In this document: one piece after another, positions 41,068-49,371 of the stretch
Layout of the letters: each line of letters opens with the position of its first letter
Numbering within the stretch: position 1 is the first letter of the stretch
NCBI GenBank assembly: GCA_948585895.1
Contig: CAPBNZ010000002.1
Location: 6,857 to 57,597 of the forward strand
DNA: 50,741 nt
Reading direction: 5' to 3'
Source: an uncultured Clostridia bacterium
GTDB lineage: Bacteria > Bacillota > Clostridia > TANB77 > CAG-508
Notes under the pieces: generated by a model
The model's database searches: none
What the model was told of the DNA's origin: nothing
What the model saw: only the letters and a program-made list of their open reading frames with translations
Made by a program: the position numbers and the translations under genes

Positions 41068-41404
41068 ATTGAATTTTAATTAGCATGTTACACATCTTCA
41101 TTATAAATTACAAATTTGGAATGGATTTCGATACATTTTCTAGCTTGTAATTTATAAAAAAGATATATAATATATGAAATTGATAGGCAATTTAATGAAA
41201 TGAAAAAATAAAAAGAAACCAAAACACTTGATTTTTTAGCAAAAGTATTGTAAAATGCTTATGCATAAAGAAGTTATTAAATTTATTAAATAGTAGCTGA
41301 AGGCAAAGAAAAAGATAAAAAAGAGTAAAATGCCAAGCATTTTGTAAATTTATCTGTAATCGGTAAAGCCACAACAGCTAACTCAAAATTAAGGAGGATT
41401 AAAA

Positions 41405-42607
41405 ATGGCAAAAGCAAAATTTGAAAGAACAAAACCACACGTTAATATTGGTACAATTGGTCACGTAGACCACGGAAAAACAACAACAACAGCAGCTATT
41501 ACAAAATATTTATCATTATTAGGAAAAGCACAATTTGAAGCATATGATCAAATCGATGGTGCTCCAGAAGAGCAAGCAAGAGGAATCACAATTAACACAG
41601 CACACGTTGAATATGAAACAGACAACAGACACTATGCACACGTTGACTGTCCAGGACATGCTGACTATGTTAAAAACATGATTACAGGTGCAGCACAAAT
41701 GGATGGTGCAGTATTAGTTGTATCAGCAGCAGATGGACCTATGCCACAAACAAGAGAACACATATTACTTGCTAGACAAGTTGGGGTTAAATACATCGTT
41801 GTATATTTAAACAAATGTGATATGGTTGATGACCCAGAATTATTAGAATTAGTTGAAATGGAAGTTAGAGACTTACTTAGTGAATATGATTTCCCAGGAG
41901 ATGATATTCCAATCATAAAAGGATCTTCATTAAAAGTATTAGAAAGCACTTCAACAAATCCTGATGACGAAGTTTATAAACCTATGAAAGAATTAATGGA
42001 AGCAGTTGATAGTTATATTCCAACACCAGAAAGACCAGTTGACCAACCATTCCTAATGCCAGTTGAAGACGTATTCACAATTACAGGACGTGGAACAGTT
42101 GCAACAGGTAGAGTAGAAAGAGGAATTATTAAAGTTTCTGATGAAGTTGAAATCATTGGATTATCAACAGAAAGAAAGAAAACTGTTATTACAGGTGTTG
42201 AAATGTTCAGAAAATTATTAGATCAAGCTGAAGCTGGAGATAATATTGGAGCATTATTAAGAGGAATTGATAGAAAAGAAATCGAAAGAGGTCAAGTTCT
42301 AGCTAAACCAGGAACAATCAATCCACATACAAAATTCACTTCTGAAGTTTATGTATTAACAAAAGAAGAAGGTGGAAGACATACACCATTCTTCAATGGA
42401 TATAGACCACAATTCTATTTCAGAACAACAGATGTTACAGGTGTTATTGAATTAGCAGCTGGAACAGAAATGGTTATGCCAGGAGATAACATATCAATGA
42501 CAATTGAATTAATTACACCTATCGCTATCGAAAAGGGACTAAGATTCGCTATTCGTGAAGGTGGTAGAACAGTAGGTTCAGGTGTTGTTGCTGATATATT
42601 AGAGTAA
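41405..42607 (+). CDS. tuf: Elongation factor Tu
   Basis: [27 protein letters not shown] and DCPGHADY motifs. 400 aa. Confidence 0.97.
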   Translation: MAKAKFERTKPHVNIGTIGHVDHGKTTTTAAITKYLSLLGKAQFEAYDQIDGAPEEQARGITINTAHVEYETDNRHYAHVDCPGHADYVKNMITGAAQMDGAVLVVSAADGPMPQTREHILLARQVGVKYIVVYLNKCDMVDDPELLELVEMEVRDLLSEYDFPGDDIPIIKGSSLKVLESTSTNPDDEVYKPMKELMEAVDSYIPTPERPVDQPFLMPVEDVFTITGRGTVATGRVERGIIKVSDEVEIIGLSTERKKTVITGVEMFRKLLDQAEAGDNIGALLRGIDRKEIERGQVLAKPGTINPHTKFTSEVYVLTKEEGGRHTPFFNGYRPQFYFRTTDVTGVIELAAGTEMVMPGDNISMTIELITPIAIEKGLRFAIREGGRTVGSGVVADILE

Positions 42608-42618
42608 TAAAACCAGTA

Positions 42619-42660
42619 ATAGCAAGGGTTACAAAGATTTGTAGCACCTTGCTATTTTTA
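42619..42660 (+). terminator. Rho-independent terminator of tuf
   Basis: ATAGCAAGG..CCTTGCTAT stem with an inner TACAAA/TTTGTA stem, followed by TTTTTA. Confidence 0.8.
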
Positions 42661-42689
42661 TATTTAACAACTTTTTAACAACTTGGTAT

Positions 42690-43847
42690 TTAATCAAATA
42701 CGGAATTTAATGTATTTACAGAATTTTGTTTTGACTCTGGTAATACTGCAAGATATATTTCTGTTGATGATAATTTTTTATGTCGCATAAGTTTCATAAT
42801 AGTATATAGGTCTGTTCCATTGAGTAATAATAGAACGGCAAATGTATGCCTTAAATCGTGAAATACTCTATATGTAAATCCTTTGTTTTCTTTCATAAGT
42901 TTTAATATTTTCTTTTTAAATACTTTTTGTAAATCTTTTTTATCTATTTGATGACCATTAGCAGTAAATACATATTCTGATGTTCTAGGAAGATTTATCA
43001 GTAAATTATAAATGAAATCTGACATTGGAATAATATCAATACTACTTTCAGTTTTAGGTTTTCCATTTTTGGTTTCATATCCGACTTTTTTTCGTGTAGT
43101 TTTATCATATACTGCTGAACGAGTTGTATTATTTTTAACATAAATTTCTCTTTTTTCAAAATTTAAATGGATCCATTTTAGTCCGACAATTTCGCCCTCT
43201 CTCATTCCTGTTCCAAGTGCAAAATCAACAACATCTTTATATTTATTATCTTCAAATTCTTTTCTTAATATTTTTACCTCTTCAGTAGTAAAATATTTAA
43301 AAGGAATTTTTTTCTTTTCAATAAGAGCATCTACATCTATATCTTTATTTTGGGGAATAGTTGTATTAGCACAAGGGTTCTTTTCAACATAACCTTCCTT
43401 TTCACAATATTTAAAAAAAGGATTTAATAATTTATGTACTTTAATAATATTCGATTCAGATTTACCATCATCAGCTAATTTATTATAAAAATTTTGTATC
43501 ATTATGCTTTTAATATTGCAAATATCTACATTTGATATTTCGTAAGGCTCTACATGATTTCTATATGTTCCCTCATACGATTCAAAAGATGTATCTTTTA
43601 ATTCATTTACTTTTACAGTAAATAACCATTCTGGCAATAGAATATTTATGGTATAGCATTTATTTTTATCTGCAAGGATACCATTTTTTAATTTTTCTAT
43701 ATAATCATCTGCTTTTTGTTCCGCTTCTGATTTACTAGATCCATAGAATTGTTTTTTTATTGGGATACCATTTGCTTTATGTCCAATAGTTTTTGTTGTT
43801 CTATAATAATCATAGCCATTAACAGTTGTGTTGGTTTTCTTTGCCAA
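42690..43847 (-). CDS. int: Phage tyrosine integrase
   Basis: C-terminal catalytic signature HDLRHTFAVLLL..LMRHKKLSSTEIYL. A GGAGG RBS 9 nt before TTG 43847 gives (M)AKKTNTTVNGYDYY. The track ORF extends to 43892. Confidence 0.9.
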   Translation of the reverse strand: MAKKTNTTVNGYDYYRTTKTIGHKANGIPIKKQFYGSSKSEAEQKADDYIEKLKNGILADKNKCYTINILLPEWLFTVKVNELKDTSFESYEGTYRNHVEPYEISNVDICNIKSIMIQNFYNKLADDGKSESNIIKVHKLLNPFFKYCEKEGYVEKNPCANTTIPQNKDIDVDALIEKKKIPFKYFTTEEVKILRKEFEDNKYKDVVDFALGTGMREGEIVGLKWIHLNFEKREIYVKNNTTRSAVYDKTTRKKVGYETKNGKPKTESSIDIIPMSDFIYNLLINLPRTSEYVFTANGHQIDKKDLQKVFKKKILKLMKENKGFTYRVFHDLRHTFAVLLLLNGTDLYTIMKLMRHKKLSSTEIYLAVLPESKQNSVNTLNSVFD

Positions 43848-44047
43848 TTTATTCGACCTCCAATGCACATTTTTTTGACCAAACACTTGCAAATTTACGA
43901 CTATTCATATATAATACAAATAGTCGTGTAAGTGTTTTATCTTTTGTACACTTGCAATGGAATCTTTAGTTTTTACAATTTATTGTAAATTACGAGGATA
44001 GTTAGAGCGAAATCATTATGAGAGGTTTGGTTCTAACTATTTTTATT

Positions 44048-44311
44048 TTAATATTCATATTTAGGTCTAATTAACATCCAAATTATCCAAAGCCCAGCTG
44101 TACAAAGTATTAAAATAAAATCTAATAAATGATTATAATGCTTTTTCTGTTTTGTAGGACCAGTAGCAGATGATGAAGAAGAGGCAGAATTATTTATTAT
44201 AATATTTTTATCAGATTGTTTATTATAACTTTTTGTAGGCTCTCCACAACTAGGACATACAATTGCATTGTCATTCTCCATTTGTTTTCCACAATGCTCA
44301 CAATATTTCAT
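44048..44311 (-). CDS. Zinc-ribbon membrane protein (moron position between int and cI)
   Basis: MKYCEHCGKQMENDNAIVCPSCGEP has two CxxC pairs. Poly-Ser linker and a C-terminal TM helix. Confidence 0.5.
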   Translation of the reverse strand: MKYCEHCGKQMENDNAIVCPSCGEPTKSYNKQSDKNIIINNSASSSSSATGPTKQKKHYNHLLDFILILCTAGLWIIWMLIRPKYEY

Positions 44312-44338
44312 AACATTACTCCTTTCTAAATTTATATA

Positions 44339-44995
44339 TTATAAAAATGCCGATTTCATTTCAACTCTAATGACTTTACCTATTATATGTATATCTCCAG
44401 ATTTTTCTTTTGGAAAATATGGGTTTAAAGGTTCTAGCTCATACTCATTGTTATCTAGTATTAGAATTTTTCTAATAAGTATTTTATTATCATTAATCAA
44501 TAAGTAAACCTTATTGTTTTTTATATCAGAACATTTTTCAATTATTGCAGTATCTTCTTTTCCTAAAAGGGGCAACATTGAGTCATCTCTAGCAATAAAA
44601 GCAATATATTCTTTGTTTTCTTCTAACTTAAAATTAGCATATATATATTCTTGTGCTGGATCAGTTATAAAAGAATTATTTTTTTTATCATAATTTATTC
44701 TAATAACAATGGGAATTTTATTATTTTTATTTGAAACATTGTCATCAAAAAAGTCATCTATTAAATAATCTGTATATCCACATACTTGCATTAGTTCTCG
44801 ATAGTTAGTCATTCCTTTAGAATTTGTAGCAATGTTTTCAAGTATTTTAGGAGATGGTGGCTTTTCTTTTTTCATGTTCATATATTCTGATAAGTACCCT
44901 CTACTAACACCAACTTTAGAGGAAAATTCTCTTTGTGTGTCAAAGGTTTCATATATTTCTTTTAGAATCTTCGCAAATTTATTTTTATCAAACAT
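44339..44995 (-). CDS. CI-like phage repressor (XRE HTH + S24 LexA-like peptidase)
   Basis: AGGAGG RBS then ATG 44995 (MFDKNKFAKILKEIY). HTH REFSSKVGVSRGYLSEYMN. S24 signature ARDDSMLP with the downstream Lys region HIIGKVIRV. Confidence 0.85.
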   Translation of the reverse strand: MFDKNKFAKILKEIYETFDTQREFSSKVGVSRGYLSEYMNMKKEKPPSPKILENIATNSKGMTNYRELMQVCGYTDYLIDDFFDDNVSNKNNKIPIVIRINYDKKNNSFITDPAQEYIYANFKLEENKEYIAFIARDDSMLPLLGKEDTAIIEKCSDIKNNKVYLLINDNKILIRKILILDNNEYELEPLNPYFPKEKSGDIHIIGKVIRVEMKSAFL

Positions 44996-45039
44996 AAAAA
45001 AACCTCCTAAACCTATTGTACAGCAATGGTTCAAAAAAG

Positions 45040-45079
45040 TCAACAAAAAAAGTTGAATTTTTTTAACAAAAAGTGTTGA
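45040..45079. promoter_or_regulatory. Two operator-like inverted repeats in the cI/cro divergent region
   Basis: TCAAC-N7-GTTGA (45040-45056) and TTAAC-N7-GTTGA (45063-45079), with centres 23 bp apart. The second overlaps the -35 of the rightward promoter. Confidence 0.45.
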
Positions 45080-45104
45080 CTTTTTTTATTTAATATAATA
45101 AAAT
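45076..45104 (+). promoter_or_regulatory. Candidate rightward (early lytic) promoter
   Basis: TTGACT, 17-nt spacer, TAAAAT. Confidence 0.45.
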
Positions 45105-45157
45105 GAGTTTGGTCAAAAAAATGACTGAAAAAATATAGGGAAAGGAAGAGGCAAGAA

Positions 45158-45373
45158 ATGAAGTTAAATATTAAAGCTATTAGCGAGTTAATAGATACAC
45201 AATATAGAAGCAATGTATCATGGTTCGCTGATGAAATTGGCATAAATAGAAGCTACTTAACTATGATATTGAATGGCAAGCAACGAGACGATAGTGCGAA
45301 AGTAATTAACCATCTTTGCCTTTATTGCAAAAAGAAAAACCTTGATTACAAAAAGTATATTTTTTTACCTTAA
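45158..45373 (+). CDS. Cro/XRE-like HTH regulator
   Basis: 71 aa, divergent from the repressor. HTH-like WFADEIGINRSYLTMILNGKQ. Confidence 0.7.
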   Translation: MKLNIKAISELIDTQYRSNVSWFADEIGINRSYLTMILNGKQRDDSAKVINHLCLYCKKKNLDYKKYIFLP

Positions 45374-45385
45374 ACGGTCAAAAAA

Positions 45386-45652
45386 ATGACCAAGAAAGGA
45401 GGGAGAGTTTTGGAAGAACAGTGGTTAAGCCTAAATCAATATGAAAAACGATACAATTTAGGACACAACACAGTTTTACAAATGATTGAAAATCACGAAG
45501 TAGAGTACATAAGAACAGGTACAAGATACAAAATTAAAGTTGGCAGTAAAAACACTGTTCCTAGGGAAATGTTTGAAAAAGAACAGGCAGCAAGAATTAA
45601 GGCAGAAACAACATTGGATTTACTAAAGAAAGTTTTAGAGGGAGGAAAATAA
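45386..45652 (+). CDS. Small DNA-binding (excisionase/MerR-like HTH) protein
   Basis: WLSLNQYEKRYNLGHNTVLQMIENHEVEYIRTGTRYKIKV resembles excisionase-family HTH proteins. A likelier start is TTG 45410, after AAAGGAGGG. Confidence 0.5.
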   Translation: MTKKGGRVLEEQWLSLNQYEKRYNLGHNTVLQMIENHEVEYIRTGTRYKIKVGSKNTVPREMFEKEQAARIKAETTLDLLKKVLEGGK

Positions 45653-45653
45653 G

Positions 45654-45890
45654 ATGAAAGTTGTAAACAAAGGAAAATTTATTTCAAGAATGATTGAATT
45701 TCTAATTATAATAGGAACAATTATTTTAACACCAAAGGCTATTACTTATGCAAATATTTGTAGAGGTTACAAAGGATACGGAGGAGAATACTTAATTCCA
45801 GTTTTAGGATTATTAGCAATATTAGTTATTGAAACAATTTATGAAGAATTTGAAAAGACAAAAAGAGGTGGAAAACATGGAAAAAGGTAA
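45654..45890 (+). CDS. Small phage membrane protein
   Basis: 78 aa with two hydrophobic helices. Tightly packed with its neighbours. Confidence 0.4.
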   Translation: MKVVNKGKFISRMIEFLIIIGTIILTPKAITYANICRGYKGYGGEYLIPVLGLLAILVIETIYEEFEKTKRGGKHGKR

Positions 45891-45981
45891 GCCAGATAAA
45901 TTGGATAAATGCTATTATTGGCACATTATAACATTAGCAAAATTAAAATGTAAATTAAAAGAATTGAAAGGAGATATGTAA
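45877..45981 (+). CDS. Possible 34-aa phage ORF (absent from the ORF track)
   Basis: AGAGGTGG RBS 5 nt before the ATG. It overlaps the previous gene's stop and ends 1 nt before the next ATG, which suggests operon packing. Confidence 0.3.
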   Translation: MEKGKPDKLDKCYYWHIITLAKLKCKLKELKGDM

Positions 45982-45982
45982 A

Positions 45983-46228
45983 ATGTCAGAACAAAATGAA
46001 ATTAAGAGATTATCAAGTATTATTGAAAGAAAGGATCTAGAAATTCAAGATATTAAAACTTCTTTAGCAGATATCTTACAACAAATAAGAGATATAAACG
46101 AGTCTGTAAATGAAATAGATCCAGAAGTAAAAAGAAGAAAAATATCAGAAATGTGTACTAACACTATATATGAATTATTAGTAGATGAAAAACACAGAAC
46201 TATTACAGCCGACCAAAGCAATAAATAG
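45983..46228 (+). CDS. Hypothetical phage protein (coiled-coil)
   Basis: 81 aa. AAAGGAG RBS. Confidence 0.45.
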   Translation: MSEQNEIKRLSSIIERKDLEIQDIKTSLADILQQIRDINESVNEIDPEVKRRKISEMCTNTIYELLVDEKHRTITADQSNK

Positions 46229-46288
46229 TCCTATGTTAAAAGAAAATTTATATAAATTCACTTTATTTGCATTTTATCACAAAATCAA

Positions 46289-46510
46289 ATGGGGTGCAAT
46301 AGAGAGGAGAAAATTTTGGCTAAACCAGTACAAAGAAAAAGATACAAAAATAAACGAAATATTACTTGTGAACAATGTATGAATTGTATGTATGTTGAGC
46401 ATGGAGATATGTATTGTGATCAAAGAAGTGATATGCCATTTGTATATGATGAATTTTGCCCAACAGAAAATTACATGTGGTGCAATGGCAAAAAATATGA
46501 AGAGAGGTAA
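46289..46510 (+). CDS. Cys-rich small phage protein
   Basis: CEQCMNC..YCDQ..FCP..WC pattern. A likelier start is TTG 46316, after GAGAGGAG. Confidence 0.4.
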   Translation: MGCNREEKILAKPVQRKRYKNKRNITCEQCMNCMYVEHGDMYCDQRSDMPFVYDEFCPTENYMWCNGKKYEER

Positions 46511-46514
46511 TAAA

Positions 46515-46688
46515 ATGGAAACTTGTAGTATATGTGGAAAAAAGTATAAAGGTTATGGTAATAATGCTAGACCAGTAAATGATGGAAGATGTTGTGATGA
46601 TTGCAATTTTAAAGTAGTAATTCCAAAAAGAATTGAAGTTTCAATGAGTTTAAAGGCACATAAAAAATCAGATATGAAAGGTTGGTAA
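46515..46688 (+). CDS. Small zinc-ribbon phage protein
   Basis: METCSICGKKY..RCCDDCNF has two Cys pairs. GAGAGG RBS. Internal Met of track ORF 46392. Confidence 0.45.
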   Translation: METCSICGKKYKGYGNNARPVNDGRCCDDCNFKVVIPKRIEVSMSLKAHKKSDMKGW

Positions 46689-46690
46689 TT

Positions 46691-47314
46691 ATGACTAGGG
46701 AGGAATGGTTAGAAGAAAGAAAAACTGGAATTGGCGGTTCAGATGCCTCTGCAATATTAGGGTTAAATCCATATAGCGATAACATTAAATTATGGGAAAT
46801 AAAAACTAAAAGGGCAGAGCAAGAAGATATTTCAAATAAGCCTTATGTACAATATGGTGTAGCAATGGAAGATAACTTGAGACAAAGTTTTGCAATAAAA
46901 CACCCCGAATTTGAAGTTATACATGAAGAAAATACAATAATTAGACATCCTAAATATCCATTCTTATTTGCTAGTTTAGATGGTGTTCTAATAAATAAAG
47001 AAACTGGAGAAAAAGGAATTTTAGAAATAAAAACATCAGAGATTTTAAGAAGTATGCAAAAAGAAAAATGGAATGATCGTGTTCCAGATAATTATTTCAT
47101 ACAAGTATTACATTACTTAAATGTTACTGGATTTTCATTTGCATATTTATTTGCAGAACTAACCTATTCAGAAGATTTACAGATGACAAAAACATTTAAA
47201 TTTGACAGAAATAATTTAACTGAAGATATAGATTATTTACAAGAAAAAGAAATTGAATTTTGGAAATATGTCGAAGAGGATAAAAGACCTCCTCTAGTAT
47301 TACCAAATATGTAG
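46691..47314 (+). CDS. YqaJ-like viral recombinase exonuclease (lambda Exo-type)
   Basis: REEWLEERKTGIGGSDASAILGLNPY is the hallmark YqaJ N-terminus. PD-(D/E)xK-like LDG...EIK. Confidence 0.85.
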   Translation: MTREEWLEERKTGIGGSDASAILGLNPYSDNIKLWEIKTKRAEQEDISNKPYVQYGVAMEDNLRQSFAIKHPEFEVIHEENTIIRHPKYPFLFASLDGVLINKETGEKGILEIKTSEILRSMQKEKWNDRVPDNYFIQVLHYLNVTGFSFAYLFAELTYSEDLQMTKTFKFDRNNLTEDIDYLQEKEIEFWKYVEEDKRPPLVLPNM

Positions 47315-47323
47315 GAGGGAAAT

Positions 47324-47650
47324 ATGGAAAAGAAAATTTATTCGTCATGGGCATTTACAGAAAATGAAGAAGAGAAATCAAAAATAAACAATAGTATTTA
47401 TAAAGAGCTGAAAGAAAAATACAGAATATTAAAAGTTAGTGATGTTGATCATACAGAACCTACGAGCAAAGAATTAGAACAAAATGACATAGTCTATTCA
47501 AGAAAGGCTTGTTATGCACATGGAGAATATAAAATTTATAAATGTCCTAATGAAGTAACATTAGATGAATTAGCCTTAATATGTGATGGCGGAAATTTAT
47601 GCTTTGGATATAGAGGGAATAGGAATTTTTTATCTGTATCAGAAGATTAA
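47324..47650 (+). CDS. Hypothetical phage protein
   Basis: 108-aa ORF with a GGAGGG RBS. Confidence 0.45.
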   Translation: MEKKIYSSWAFTENEEEKSKINNSIYKELKEKYRILKVSDVDHTEPTSKELEQNDIVYSRKACYAHGEYKIYKCPNEVTLDELALICDGGNLCFGYRGNRNFLSVSED

Positions 47651-47670
47651 AAAGAAAGGATGATTTTAAA

Positions 47671-47955
47671 ATGAATAAATATGAAAGTGTAATGATAGTT
47701 ACTCCAACTATGAATGATAAACAACAAAAGGAGATAGAAAATAAATACACAAAACTAATTAATGAAAATGGAAAAGTAGAGAGTTTTGAAAATTTAGGAA
47801 AGAAAAAATTAGCTTATGAAATTAGAAAATATAAAGAGGGTTTTTATATGACATTTAATTTTGAGAGTGAAGCATCATTTATTTCAGAGCTAGAAAGACA
47901 ATATAGAATTGATGATGATGTAATTAAATTTATAGTAGTTAGGAGGGAAGATTAG
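47671..47955 (+). CDS. Ribosomal protein bS6 homologue encoded in the prophage
   Basis: MNKYESVMIVTPTMNDKQQKEIENKYTKLINENGKVESFENLGKKKLAYEIRKYKEGFYMTFNFES..DDDVIKFIVVRRED aligns along its full length with bacterial S6 (KYE..P...G....G.K.LAYEI...GFY...DD.I....VV). Confidence 0.85.
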   Translation: MNKYESVMIVTPTMNDKQQKEIENKYTKLINENGKVESFENLGKKKLAYEIRKYKEGFYMTFNFESEASFISELERQYRIDDDVIKFIVVRRED

Positions 47956-47957
47956 AT

Positions 47958-48773
47958 ATGGAATTAAAGGTTGAAGAAATAAAATCGTTAGCACCTATTC
48001 AATTCAATTATGAAGATATTAAGAAATGGGTAACAGAAAAGGCAAAGGAATATAAATCATTAGTATATACAGAAGAAACTATTACTGCTGCTAAAACAGA
48101 TAGGGCAACATTGAATAAAGTAGCAAAAGCTATAAATGATGAAAAAATTAGAATTAAAAAAGAAGTATTAAAACCATTTGAAGATTTTGAAAATAAGTGC
48201 AAAGAATTACAAGGAATAATTACAGATGCATCAAGTTCGATAGATGCACAAGTAAAATCGTTTGAAGAAAAAGAACAAAACGAAAAGAGAGAGCAAATAA
48301 AAACGATATTTGATGCCTACATAGGAGATTATAAAGATTTAATTATATTTGACTCAATATTTAATCCAAGATGGTTAAATAAAACATACACTATAAAGAA
48401 AATAGAAGAGGAAATAAATCATTTAGTAATTAAAACATCAGATGATATGAAAGTTTTAAAAGGTCAAATAAATGATGAAGTGATTCTAAAACAAGTACAA
48501 GCATTTTATTTTTCACATATAGCAGACTCTGATTGCTTAAGTGGTTCATTAAAATATGGAATGAATGTTATTGAGAGCAATAGAAAACTAGAAGAATTAA
48601 AGCAACAACAAGAGGCAAAAAAAGAAATACAAGCTCCTAGTATAGCACAAGAGACAACTACACAAGAACAATTACAAGTTATTGATTTTAGAGTATGGGT
48701 TACCCAAGAACAAAAGATGAAAATTAGAGATTTTCTAATTCAAAATAATATTAAATATGGAAAGGTGGATTAA
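47958..48773 (+). CDS. DUF1351-like phage protein
   Basis: 271 aa. The N-terminal pattern and its position in a recombination module resemble DUF1351 of Firmicutes siphophages (by eye). Confidence 0.55.
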   Translation: MELKVEEIKSLAPIQFNYEDIKKWVTEKAKEYKSLVYTEETITAAKTDRATLNKVAKAINDEKIRIKKEVLKPFEDFENKCKELQGIITDASSSIDAQVKSFEEKEQNEKREQIKTIFDAYIGDYKDLIIFDSIFNPRWLNKTYTIKKIEEEINHLVIKTSDDMKVLKGQINDEVILKQVQAFYFSHIADSDCLSGSLKYGMNVIESNRKLEELKQQQEAKKEIQAPSIAQETTTQEQLQVIDFRVWVTQEQKMKIRDFLIQNNIKYGKVD

Positions 48774-48776
48774 TTT

Positions 48777-49103
48777 ATGAATTTAGCGGAATTATTATTT
48801 GGAAAACCAAAAATGAAAGGAAAAATTAGTGTTGAAGTAGATGATGAAATAGAAAAAGCAGAAACACAAATAGAAGGAAGTCTTCCATCTGTTTTAACAA
48901 TGATAAGTTTAATTTGTTCCAACTTACAGGAACATGGAATCCCTAAAGAGCTTATTAAGGGAGCAGTAGCTATTGGGCTTAATGAAGATAAAGGAAACAA
49001 AGAAAAAAATAAGAAAGTTATTGAAAAAACAATTGTTGTAGATAGTGAAGAAAAAGCAAAAGAAGTAAAAGAATTATTAAAGAAACTAGGGGTGGAGGAT
49101 TAA
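48777..49103 (+). CDS. Hypothetical phage protein
   Basis: 108-aa ORF, tightly packed with its neighbours. Confidence 0.45.
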   Translation: MNLAELLFGKPKMKGKISVEVDDEIEKAETQIEGSLPSVLTMISLICSNLQEHGIPKELIKGAVAIGLNEDKGNKEKNKKVIEKTIVVDSEEKAKEVKELLKKLGVED

Positions 49104-49107
49104 TAAT

Positions 49108-49371
49108 ATGGAAATTTTAAAAATATCAAGTAAATCAAATGTGAATTCAGTTGCTGGAGCATTAACTGCTCAAATAAAACAATCTGGAAAATCAGAAATG
49201 CAAGTAGTAGGAGCTGGAGCATTAAATCAAGCTGTAAAGGCAATAGCAATAGCAAGAGGTTTTGTTGCACCAATGGGAATAAATTTAGTATGTATTCCAG
49301 CATTTACAGAAGTAGAAATTGACAACGAGAATAAAAGTGCAATTAAGTTAATTGTAAGGGAGGAAAAGTAA
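49108..49371 (+). CDS. spoVS: Stage V sporulation protein S (SpoVS) homologue encoded in the prophage
   Basis: MEILKISSKSNVNSVAGAL..GAGALNQAVKAIAIARGFVAPMGINLVCIPAFTEVEID..SAIKLIV is near-colinear with Bacillus SpoVS (86 aa). Confidence 0.9.
   Translation: MEILKISSKSNVNSVAGALTAQIKQSGKSEMQVVGAGALNQAVKAIAIARGFVAPMGINLVCIPAFTEVEIDNENKSAIKLIVREEK

Noticed and set aside
41101-41157. 13-bp inverted repeat TTATAAATTACAA/TTGTAATTTATAA after fusA as a terminator
   Set aside because: It is followed by an A-run rather than a T-run on the + strand and is entirely AT. It cannot be distinguished from chance AT-rich palindromes, so I left it unannotated.
46185-46382. 65-aa + strand ORF overlapping two prophage genes
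   Set aside because: It overlaps the end of 45983-46228 and the start of the Cys-rich ORF in another frame and has no RBS, so the neighbouring ORFs explain the region better.
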